Below, one piece after another: positions 27,801 to 36,271 of a stretch of 64,000 nt of DNA. The first letter of the stretch is position 1. Each line of letters begins with the position of its first letter. The DNA comes from Candidatus Poribacteria bacterium. Its GTDB lineage: Bacteria > Poribacteria > WGA-4E > GCA-2687025. A program made the position numbers and the translations under genes. The notes under the pieces were generated by a model, which had not been told where the DNA came from, ran no database searches, and was given only the letters and a program-made list of their open reading frames with translations. The stretch covers positions 2,592,001 through 2,656,000 of the forward strand of contig OY762492.1 of NCBI GenBank assembly GCA_963665845.2, given 5' to 3'.

Positions 27801-28988
27801 TCAGCGCAGAAGCGGTTTTATGTGTTGATGGTACGCTTCCCGCGCCTGCTCTTCGGTGAACAGCCCCGCGCCGTCCATCAGCCTGAACAGGTGCGCGATG
27901 TGGAGCGGCGGGCGCGCGTTCGGGTTGTTCGGCAGAAGCAGGCAATTGTCCTGCTTGCCTTGAAGCATCGCAACCGCCGCGACGCCATGCTTATACGCCG
28001 CGGTTGGGCTTTGAAAGAGCCAGTACGAAAGCGGCGCCGTCGGCAAAAGACGCCGGCGGTAACCTTGAATGTCGCCCTGCGCAAGGGCGTTCAGCGCCTG
28101 CTCGGCGACCGTCTCAAACGCGCCCATGCATCCCAGCAGCGCATGGCTATAGTCGCCCAGAGGATACCGGACGCCGTCCGATTCATACGCGCCTTCCGCT
28201 TCTATCGGCTCCTCCGTCCCTTCGATCAGTTCGACATAATGGAAGTCGTCGCCCGTTTTGACAATCTTGCCGATTTTAGCGAGGCGGCGCCGTATCTCGA
28301 TCTCCCTCTCGGCGTCCAAAAGCGAAATCTTCGCGCTTTCAAAATTCGGCAGCTCCATGATTCGATAGAACGAGTCGCCGGGGAAGTAGCCTTTCATGAT
28401 CGGGTTGAACATCTCGCCGAGCCAGTGCGCCAATAAAGGACCCTCGGCGGCGGCGTCCAGCAGCGTAAACACCTCCATGAAATCCGCCTCGGAGCGTCCT
28501 GCCAGACGCGGCGACGGAAAGACGGCGACCTTCCCCCCCAGCCGCTGTATCTGCAAAATCTGTTCGATATACGCCTTTGCGATCTCGCTGTTCGCCGCGT
28601 TGTTGGAACGTACGGCGTCGGTTCCCGCGCCGAAATACCAGCGTCTTCCGTTCGCCTGTTCCGCGGTTTGACGCAGCAGCCGTTCGGTCAGTTTTTTGGG
28701 TAAAATGTCGCGCTGCGCGGTGTCCATTCCGTCGGCGACGCCCAGCCCGCTGCTCCAGATATGCTCGCGTATCTGCGCGGTCGTTTTCCAGTCGATGACA
28801 TCGGCGTCCAGCTCCGTCTCGCTGCCGTTGTACTGCGGGTTGACGACCACATGGACGGCGGCGTCAATCTCGCGCGTCGGCGCGTCAGGCGGCTCAACAT
28901 CGGGCAGCGGCGGCGACCATACAGCGCGCGGGATGTAAAATTCCAGCTCGCCGCCGGGGGCGGGGAGCCATATTTCGTTCTTGCTCAT
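27801..28988 (-). CDS. DUF993 family (DHDPS-like TIM barrel) protein
   Basis: IDWKTT..GLGVADGMDTAQR, GAGTD, HWLGEMFNP, KISLLD, TGDDFHY, YSHALLG, YKHGV. Confidence 0.82.
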   Translation of the reverse strand: MSKNEIWLPAPGGELEFYIPRAVWSPPLPDVEPPDAPTREIDAAVHVVVNPQYNGSETELDADVIDWKTTAQIREHIWSSGLGVADGMDTAQRDILPKKLTERLLRQTAEQANGRRWYFGAGTDAVRSNNAANSEIAKAYIEQILQIQRLGGKVAVFPSPRLAGRSEADFMEVFTLLDAAAEGPLLAHWLGEMFNPIMKGYFPGDSFYRIMELPNFESAKISLLDAEREIEIRRRLAKIGKIVKTGDDFHYVELIEGTEEPIEAEGAYESDGVRYPLGDYSHALLGCMGAFETVAEQALNALAQGDIQGYRRRLLPTAPLSYWLFQSPTAAYKHGVAAVAMLQGKQDNCLLLPNNPNARPPLHIAHLFRLMDGAGLFTEEQAREAYHQHIKPLLR

Positions 28989-29128
28989 GGGCGTCTTCCG
29001 CGTTGATTCCTGTTTCTTTTAAAAGCATACCCCTGACGGGCGCCCACCGCAAGCCGCGCCTCTGAATGGGCGCAGAGGCGCGGCTGATACGCCTTATGAA
29101 CGAAGCGAACGACGCGGGCGGTACAATT

Positions 29129-30202
29129 TTACTCGAACAGGCTCGCCCGAAACTCCGCCGTATCGATCCGCGCATGCGTCCGCGCCGACTCGTTGCACGC
29201 CTCCATGAGCGTCCATGTGTTCAGCGAGCTGGTCTCCATCCATTCGCGCCCTTCGCCTGTAGCGATGGCGGTTGCGAAGGAATCGAACTGAATGCGGTCG
29301 TCTTCGATGAGTCCACCGTGCAGGTCTTGGAGATGCAGGTCTTCAACGCAGTCGCCTTTTCGCCACAGCTTGAGGCTGCCGTGGTCGCGCTGCAGGTCGC
29401 CGTCAACGCCGTGGAAGCTCCATGCGCCGCTCCATCCGGTTGAGCGCGCATGCCCGGAGCGCGTTCCCGCGTAGGTGAACGGCGCGCCGTTTTCATACTC
29501 AAAAAGCGCGTTGCCGCCCGCCGTCCCCCAGACGCCGGTCTGCCCAAGCGACTCATCGATCAGGTTATGGATGTGCGCCGTCACATACTGCGGCAACCCC
29601 TTCGCCGCGACCAGCTGGTCAAGCTGATGGCTCGCCCCGGCGTGAAAGTACAAGCCCTCCACAAAGGCGTCCGGCTGACGCGAGTCGGGACCTGTCCACA
29701 GATTTTGGCGAATCCAGAAACGGCATTCGCCGCCCAGCATTTCGCCGATGCCGCCCTCATCGCGCAGCCATTCGCGCATCTTTGCCGCGGCGGGGTTCCA
29801 CCGCTTGTTCTGCCCTTGAACAAGCATTGGGTTCTTGTCGCTGGCGCGCTGCGCCGCCAGCATCGCCTTGAAATCGTCCTGAGTCGTCACAATCGGCTTG
29901 ACGCACAGCGTGTGCAGCCCGGCGTTCAGGCTCTCTGTGACCAACTTGAAATGCGCCGTTGTGGACGCGAAGACGAGGCACGCCTCCGCCTCATGATTCT
30001 CCAGCGCCTCGCCGATGGAGTCGTACACGCAGTTGATGAGATCGGCGGGCGGGTCGTTGTTCAGGTTTTCAACAACCCGCTTCGCCCCGTCCACGTCCAG
30101 GTCAACGCAGGCGACCGGTTCCAGTCCCTTCGCGTTCACCAGAGCCTGCAGCCGTCCGCTGCCAAAATGTTTGCATCCTACATGGATCGTCGGTATGGGC
30201 AT
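29129..30202 (-). CDS. Gfo/Idh/MocA family oxidoreductase
   Basis: N-terminal Rossmann segment, AH..SLNAGLHTLCVKP, GQNKRW, HQLD. Confidence 0.85.
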   Translation of the reverse strand: MPIPTIHVGCKHFGSGRLQALVNAKGLEPVACVDLDVDGAKRVVENLNNDPPADLINCVYDSIGEALENHEAEACLVFASTTAHFKLVTESLNAGLHTLCVKPIVTTQDDFKAMLAAQRASDKNPMLVQGQNKRWNPAAAKMREWLRDEGGIGEMLGGECRFWIRQNLWTGPDSRQPDAFVEGLYFHAGASHQLDQLVAAKGLPQYVTAHIHNLIDESLGQTGVWGTAGGNALFEYENGAPFTYAGTRSGHARSTGWSGAWSFHGVDGDLQRDHGSLKLWRKGDCVEDLHLQDLHGGLIEDDRIQFDSFATAIATGEGREWMETSSLNTWTLMEACNESARTHARIDTAEFRASLFE

Positions 30203-30210
30203 TCGTTTTC

Positions 30211-31146
30211 CTATTTCGGTTGAGTTGAGTTTGCGGCGGATTCTTCATCCTTTTTCTTGAAGGTGAACTTAAATTCGGTTTCAAAAACGCGCCGCATGTT
30301 GACGCCTGTGACGCGCGTCATGAGATCGACCAGCTGCCCGTCGTTCAATCTGCGATGGGGCGATTTCTGCATTTCGCGGAACAGTTTGATGTAAAAATCG
30401 TCGCCGTACCGTTTGTGGAGCTGCGACAAAATATAGTAGGAGTGGTTGTACGCCTCTATCTCTAAGCCGCCGGGCAGCATATTTCCTGTGGCGCGGTGCG
30501 CCTGCCATTGTTGGAGCAGGTTGACGCCGTTATCGTCTATGAGCGGCAGTGTTCGAGGTTTATTTTGCCCCTCCAAGAAGTCGTTCTCGATCATCGTCGC
30601 AATGCCCTCCATGAACCATGGCGGCGCAAACTTGCCGATGTAAGCGTAATCGAGCAGATGCGTCACCTCATGGATCAGCGTCGAGATCTCCGCCGCCGAC
30701 TTGGGCGAGAAATGCGCCGTCGGCTTGTTTCCGTAGTCAGGGTCGGCGGAGGTGGCATAGGCGGGCGTCGTGAATCCGCCGCTAAATATCTGCCCCACCT
30801 GTTTGGAGATGACCACATTCACCGGCTCCTTGACAACGTATCCGAGCGTGTCTTTCAGATGGAGATAGTAGGTCTCCAGCTGAAGAATCATGCCTTTTCC
30901 GTAACTGACGCGATCCTGTAAAGCGGCGAACTGGCGCAGCGCGCCCAGCTCCTCCTTTAGATACAGCGTGAAATGGGGCGAGGAGAACCGATGCGCGTCC
31001 TCGTCAATCTTGATCTGCACTCTCGGAACGGCAAAGGTTTTTTTCTGCTTCGTCCGCTCCGGCGCCTCCATTAACGCCGGCTGCATGCATCCCGCCAACA
31101 GAAACGCTCCCGCCAAAAGCGCCGCCCGCCAAAACCGTTTCAGCAT
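30211..31146 (-). CDS. Lipoprotein with HEXXH zincin (peptidase MA-like) domain
   Basis: LAGC lipobox; LIHEVTHLL and PPWFMEGIAT. Confidence 0.78.
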   Translation of the reverse strand: MLKRFWRAALLAGAFLLAGCMQPALMEAPERTKQKKTFAVPRVQIKIDEDAHRFSSPHFTLYLKEELGALRQFAALQDRVSYGKGMILQLETYYLHLKDTLGYVVKEPVNVVISKQVGQIFSGGFTTPAYATSADPDYGNKPTAHFSPKSAAEISTLIHEVTHLLDYAYIGKFAPPWFMEGIATMIENDFLEGQNKPRTLPLIDDNGVNLLQQWQAHRATGNMLPGGLEIEAYNHSYYILSQLHKRYGDDFYIKLFREMQKSPHRRLNDGQLVDLMTRVTGVNMRRVFETEFKFTFKKKDEESAANSTQPK

Positions 31147-31211
31147 ATCCGCCTCCTTTAGTTAGACGTCTATAGAATACATGCTCGTTTAAAAAAACGC
31201 AAGCGTCTGCC

Positions 31212-31379
31212 TTGACCTTACGTCTTTAGTTGGGACATGCCGCCGGGCGGACGCGGACGTCGTCTGCGGCGCCTCTGGATTCCCGCTTACGCGGGAATGA
31301 CGATCTGGTCTGCGAGGCTTTTTTCCCATGAATAAAGGCTTTGGTCGTTCAAATGTCCCAACTTTAGGCGTGAGGTCAG
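31212..31379. repeat. Family-1 MITE-like element
   Basis: TGACCTTACGTCTTTAGTTGGGACA...TGTCCCAACTTTAGGCGTGAGGTCAG with internal ATTCCCGCTTACGCGGGAAT. Confidence 0.9.
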
Positions 31380-31417
31380 TCTGCCAACATGGTTGTCTAT
31401 TGCGGAAAAGGGCTGAA

Positions 31418-31494
31418 TGGTCGGGGCGAGTGGATTTGAACCACCGACCCTCTGCTCCCAAAGCAGATGCGCTGCCGGACTGCGCTACGCCCCG
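31418..31494 (-). tRNA. tRNA-Pro (TGG)
   Basis: Minus strand CGGGGCG..TCTGC TT TGG GA GCAGA..GGTTCAAATCC..CGCCCCGACCA; encoded CCA. Confidence 0.96.
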
Positions 31495-31547
31495 ACAACA
31501 TGATCATACCCTAGAACCGCCTGGGATGTCCATGCGGTTTCCTGACC

Positions 31548-31814
31548 GGCAGTCTCTATAGACGATGATTTCGATTTTTAGAGCGTCGTTTTAGAATGCG
31601 GAGGCTGTCTGGAAAAACTCTGGATTCTCGCTTACGCGGGAATGCATGTCCTCGCGGAAGCGGGGAACGAATAGCCCAATAACAGCGGTTGGGGCGCGGT
31701 TTCTGGACTCCCCCCTTGAAAAGGGGGGCTGGGGGGGGTTTTAGTTCCGTGCGCGGAATCACGATTAGCACAACTCGAACAGGATTTTCGTCATCATCGC
31801 CTGTAGAGACTGCC
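31548..31814. mobile_element. Family-2 MITE-like element (267 bp, 22-bp TIRs)
   Basis: GGCAGTCTCTATAGACGATGAT ... ATCATCGCCTGTAGAGACTGCC (20/22 inverted match); carries dRS3-like and CCCCCCTTGAAAAGGGGGG modules. Confidence 0.8.
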
Positions 31815-31828
31815 CCAAGGTGAAGAGG

Positions 31829-31857
31829 TTGACACGCCGACGCGCTTGTGTTATAAA
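31829..31857 (+). promoter_or_regulatory. Sigma70-like promoter for the LamG gene
   Basis: TTGACA-17bp-TATAAA with TG extended -10. Confidence 0.65.
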
Positions 31858-31931
31858 AACTCAACGCCCGCTCTTCTAAGGGCGAAAAACTGCCGCGCTA
31901 CAGAGCGCGTCAACATCAATTGGAGCGAGAC

Positions 31932-32699
31932 ATGAATACACTGACGCGAAAAATAGTATGGGCAGCGGCGGCGGCGCTGCTGCTGGGAGGCGTTGCTGCA
32001 GGCGCAGCTGCGCAGGACTTCGTCACGGACGGACTCGTCGTCATGTACACCTTCGACAAGAACGGGGTGGACGGCGACAAGCTGATCGACGCCGCAACGG
32101 ACGACGGCGAATCGCAAGACGGAATCATTCACGGCAACCCCGAATCGATTGAAGGCGTCATCGGAGAAGCGTTTAAGTTCGACGGATCCCCCAACGTCTA
32201 CGTCCAAATACCAGAGATGGGCGACTGGGAGGCGGTCTCTGTCGAAGTGTGGGCGCGCGAAGACGCTTTCGCCGGCATCCAAGGTATCGTCTCCACATGG
32301 CAATGGACATCCGGGAAAGTTCATTTCAAGTTTGAAGGCAACCAAATTCAGGTCGACAAAAACGGCGTCGGCAAGATACGGTTCGACGCCCAAGCGGAGA
32401 CATGGTACCACATCGTCTACACCACCGACGCGCCCGGCAACGTGCTGATCCTCTACGTTGACGGCGAAGAACAACAGCGCGACGAAGACGGCAACGGCGC
32501 GCTCGAAAACATGAACGAACGGCGCATCGGCAGCGAACATGATGGACGCTTTCTGAACGGCGCCATTGACGAGGTGCGCATCTACAACCGCGTTCTGGAG
32601 CCGGAGGAGGTGGAGAAGAATTTCAACGCGGAGACGAACAGCCTCTCGGTTGACCCGCGCGGAAAAATGGCCTCCGCATGGGCGGAACTGAAGCGGTAA
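31932..32699 (+). CDS. Secreted LamG-like jellyroll (concanavalin A-like) protein
   Basis: Signal peptide, GLVVMYTFD, WYHIVYT, LYVDG, GAIDEVRIYNRVL; C-terminal SVDPRGKMASAWAELKR. Confidence 0.9.
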   Translation: MNTLTRKIVWAAAAALLLGGVAAGAAAQDFVTDGLVVMYTFDKNGVDGDKLIDAATDDGESQDGIIHGNPESIEGVIGEAFKFDGSPNVYVQIPEMGDWEAVSVEVWAREDAFAGIQGIVSTWQWTSGKVHFKFEGNQIQVDKNGVGKIRFDAQAETWYHIVYTTDAPGNVLILYVDGEEQQRDEDGNGALENMNERRIGSEHDGRFLNGAIDEVRIYNRVLEPEEVEKNFNAETNSLSVDPRGKMASAWAELKR

Positions 32700-32735
32700 A
32701 ACGAACAACATGAGCGTCAACTGCAAGGAGAAACG

Positions 32736-34088
32736 ATGATACGACTCACCGACGCTGAAATGCAGAGCTTCGTCCGAAACGGGTACATCAAGTTCCGGCC
32801 GGATTATCCGCCGGAGCTGCATGAAGCGATCCGGCGCAAGACAGATCAGATGCTGGAAAAATGGGGCAACCCGCGCAACAACCTGCTGCCGCGCATACCG
32901 GAGATACAGCAGGTGTTTGACCATCCGCGCGTTCACGGCGCGCTCAGCAGCATCCTCGGCGACGACTACTACCTCCATCTGCACCGGCATGTCCATACGA
33001 ACATGCCCGGCAGCAAGGGGCAGGGCATGCACAAAGACAGCCTCAACAACAGCCGTTTCGCTGTCGACGACAACCGGCGGCATCACCACACGCGCTGGGC
33101 GATGGCGTTTTATTATCCGCAGGACACGCCTGTTGAGATCGGTCCGACCGCCGCGATGCCGCAGTCGCAGTATCTCAACACGCGCGAGCGGTTTGAAGAC
33201 GCGCCCGAATTGCCGCTGGACGGCGAAGCGGGAACCGTCACCATCGTTCATTACGACGTTCTCCACCGCGCCATGCCGAACACGACCGACAAGGTGCGCC
33301 ACATGGTGAAGTTTCTCTTCACCCGCATGAGCGAGCCGGACGCGCCGACATGGACAGGCGATGCGCGCTGGGAGCCGTCCGACGACCCGCAGGAGCGCAT
33401 CTGGCATCATGTGTGGGAATGGCACGGCGGAAAGAACGGGGACCGCCCGCAGCCGTCCAAGTCGGTTGAGGCGCTGTCCGCGGAACTTGGCGGCGAGAGC
33501 GAACAGGCGAGCGTCAACGCGGCGTATGAGCTGGGCATGACCGGCGAAGGCGTCGGAGCGCTCATTGACGCGCTGTCGGACGAGTCGGGCGCGCGGCGGC
33601 GGGACGCCGGCTACGGGCTTAGCGCCGCCGGCGAAGCGGCCGCCGAACCGCTCCGCGAAGCGGCGCGCAGCGACGACGCAGGCGTCCGCGCCCGCGCGAT
33701 TGACGCCCTCGGCGACCTGGGCAAACATGGACGCGCCGGCATAGACGTCATGATCAACGCGCTGGGCGATGAATCGCATCAGCTGCGCAGGCATGCGGTT
33801 GAGGCGCTTGGAACGGCGGCGCAGGATTGTCCGGAAGCGGTGGAACCGATCGCCAACGCGCTGAAAGATGAAAACGATGTCGTTCGGCGCAGCGCGGCTC
33901 TATCGCTGGCGCGTATGGGCGACACGGCGGCGGCGTCTGTGCCGGCGTTGAGCGAAGCGCTGCGCGACCCGCACTATTATGTGCGCGGCTTTTCGGTTCA
34001 GGCGCTGCGCCAGATCGGAACGCCGGAGGCGACCGAAGCGCTGGTGCATTATCTGGAGGCGACGCGCTGGGACCCGGCGCAAGGGTAA
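32736..34088 (+). CDS. PhyH-family Fe(II)/2-oxoglutarate dioxygenase fused to HEAT repeats
   Basis: FVRNGY, MHKD, YYPQDT..GPT, GEAGTVTIVHYDVLHRA; C-terminal VR..A..ALG repeats. Confidence 0.88.
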   Translation: MIRLTDAEMQSFVRNGYIKFRPDYPPELHEAIRRKTDQMLEKWGNPRNNLLPRIPEIQQVFDHPRVHGALSSILGDDYYLHLHRHVHTNMPGSKGQGMHKDSLNNSRFAVDDNRRHHHTRWAMAFYYPQDTPVEIGPTAAMPQSQYLNTRERFEDAPELPLDGEAGTVTIVHYDVLHRAMPNTTDKVRHMVKFLFTRMSEPDAPTWTGDARWEPSDDPQERIWHHVWEWHGGKNGDRPQPSKSVEALSAELGGESEQASVNAAYELGMTGEGVGALIDALSDESGARRRDAGYGLSAAGEAAAEPLREAARSDDAGVRARAIDALGDLGKHGRAGIDVMINALGDESHQLRRHAVEALGTAAQDCPEAVEPIANALKDENDVVRRSAALSLARMGDTAAASVPALSEALRDPHYYVRGFSVQALRQIGTPEATEALVHYLEATRWDPAQG

Positions 34089-34109
34089 GGAATGTGAAAG
34101 GAGAGGTCA

Positions 34110-35081
34110 ATGAAACGGCGGTTTTGGATCTGGGCTTTTGTTTGCGTCCCGCTGCTCGCAGGATGTCGACAGGACAACGCCGACACAACGGATCCGTCCG
34201 ATACGCCTGTTATTGACGCCGCCGTCCAGATGGCGAAGGCGTATATTGCCGGCAGCCAGAATGCGGACGGCGGCTGGCCTCTCTTGCCGGGCGATGAGAG
34301 CGACGCGGAGACGACCGCGTTTGCCGTATGGGCGTTGGCTGAAGGCGGAAGCGGCGATTCCCATGCCGCGGCGGTTCAAAACGGGGAGGCGTACCTGAAA
34401 GCGGCGCAGCGCGAAGACGGCAGCTGGAACGGCAACGCGGCGCACACCGTTTTCACGCTCATTGCGCTGAACGCTGTCGGCACAAGCGAAAGCGAGGCGC
34501 GCGCCAACGCGCTGAAATGGCTGGAGTCGGCGCAGAACGAGGACGGGAGCTGGGCGCGCGAACTAGGCGGAGAAGGTACGCTGATCTACACCTCGGCGGT
34601 CTTGGCAGGGCTTCAAAAGATCGGTCATGAAAAAGAGTACCCGCCCATTGCCCGCGGCGTAAAATGGGTTCTAGACCGCCCGGCGGGCGACGGCGGCTGG
34701 GCGATTCGACCTGGCAGCCTGTCCGACAATTTTGCGACCGCATGGGCTGCGCAGGCGCTCCACCGCGTCGCGGAGATACCGACGCAGATGGAATGGCTGC
34801 GCTGCGCCCAGAATGTGGACGGCGGATTCGGACATCAGAAAGGCGATATGAGCGACCCGGAGATCACATCGGCGGCAACGGCGGCGCTCAGCCTTCAGAA
34901 ATGGCCGATGATTGACCAGCAGTACGCGCTCAATTATCTCATTTATATACAGCAGAAAAACGGCAGCTTCATCAGCGCCCTGCCGATAGAGCTGTCGGAG
35001 CCGAAGCAGAATATCCAAACCAGCTGTTTTGCGCTCATCGCGATAAAGACATTGAAAGCGTCGGGCGCGCGCCTTCCCTGA
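34110..35081 (+). CDS. Prenyltransferase/squalene-cyclase-repeat lipoprotein
   Basis: LAGC lipobox; repeated QNADGGW, QREDGSW, QNEDGSW, QNVDGGF, QQKNGSF. Confidence 0.85.
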   Translation: MKRRFWIWAFVCVPLLAGCRQDNADTTDPSDTPVIDAAVQMAKAYIAGSQNADGGWPLLPGDESDAETTAFAVWALAEGGSGDSHAAAVQNGEAYLKAAQREDGSWNGNAAHTVFTLIALNAVGTSESEARANALKWLESAQNEDGSWARELGGEGTLIYTSAVLAGLQKIGHEKEYPPIARGVKWVLDRPAGDGGWAIRPGSLSDNFATAWAAQALHRVAEIPTQMEWLRCAQNVDGGFGHQKGDMSDPEITSAATAALSLQKWPMIDQQYALNYLIYIQQKNGSFISALPIELSEPKQNIQTSCFALIAIKTLKASGARLP

Positions 35082-36145
35082 CCGCGCGCCCGCAGCGTCC
35101 GCGCCGCCGGTCGTCATTCCCGCGCTCCCTCCTCGTCATTCCCGCGCAAGCGGGAATCTTAAGGCGCCGCAGCAGCAGTTGTCGTCTGAACTAGGATTGC
35201 CAAGATTGAAAAGATTGCCAAGAAATTCCCGTAGACCGCTATCTTGGCAATCTTAATCATCCTTCCATCCTAGTTCAAAACCAAGCGCAACCCGCGCGCT
35301 CAAACCCCCCCAGCCCCCCTTTTCAAGGGGGGAGTCCAGAAACCGCGCGCCCGCAGCGTCCGCGCCGCCGGTCGTCATTCCCGCGCTCCCTCTTCGTCAT
35401 TCCCGCGCAAGCGGGAATCTTAAGGCGCCGCAGCAGCAGTTGTCGTCTGAACTAGGATTGCCAAGATTGAAAAGATTGCCAAGAAATTCCCGTGAGCCGC
35501 TATCTTGGCAATCTTAATCATCCTTCCATCCTAGTTCAAAACCAAGCGCAAACCCGCGCGCTCAAACCCCCCCAGCCCCTGTTTTCAAGGGGGGAGTCCA
35601 GAAACCGCGCGCCCGCAGCGTCCGCGCCGCCGGTCGTCATTCCCGCGCTCCCTCCTCGTCATTCCCGCGTAAGCGGGAATCTTAAGGCGCCGCAGCAGCA
35701 GTTGTCGTCTGAACTAGGATTGCCAAGATTGAAAAGATTGCCAAGAAATTCCCGTAGACCGCTATCTTGGCAATCTTAATCATCCTTCCATCCTAGTTCA
35801 AAACCAAACGCAACCCGCGCGCTCAAACCCCCCCAGCCCCCCTTTTCAAGGGGGGAGTCCAGAAACCCCCAGCCCTGTTTTCAAGGGGGGAGTCCAGAAA
35901 CCGCGCGCCCGCAGCGTCCGCGCCGCCGGTCGTCATTCCCGCGCTCCCTCCTCGTCATTCCCGCGCAAGCGGGAATCTTAAGGCGCCGCAGCAGCAGTTG
36001 TCGTCTGAACTAGGATTGCCAAGAAATTCCCGTGAGCCGCTATCTTGGCAATCTTAATCATCCTTCCATCCTAGTTCAAAACCAAGCGCAAACCCGCGCG
36101 CTCAAAACCCCCCAGCCCCCCTTTTCAAGGGGGGAGTCCAGAAAC
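35081..36145. repeat. Tandem array of four ~261-bp composite palindromic units
   Basis: Units start ~35081, 35342, 35604, 35900; each has a dRS3-like module, the GAACTAGG...CCTAGTTC module and a CCCCCTTTTCAAGGGGG hairpin; no unique spacers. Confidence 0.95.
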
Positions 36146-36271
36146 CCCGCCATCGTATTTTCGCCCTTCCTAATGAAAAAGCTGTCGCCAAACCGCCTTT
36201 TCTTTCGTAAATGATGCAGCGGCGGACGTTGATTTCCCGACGCAGGTTTCAATCAGAAAGGCGAAGCGGAC

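Noticed and set aside
31851-33794. 647-aa minus-strand ORF (similarly 17414-18709, 41426-42526, 37513-38535, 6965-7900)
   Set aside because: Antisense shadows of well-supported genes in high-GC DNA; no recognisable motifs.
34110-35081. Squalene-hopene or oxidosqualene cyclase
   Set aside because: Only 323 aa, a lipoprotein, and no DXDD/DCTAE catalytic motif; only the repeat scaffold is present.
35081-36145. Possible CRISPR or other guide-RNA array
   Set aside because: Units are ~261 bp and near-identical throughout, with no unique spacers; no cas gene in the window.
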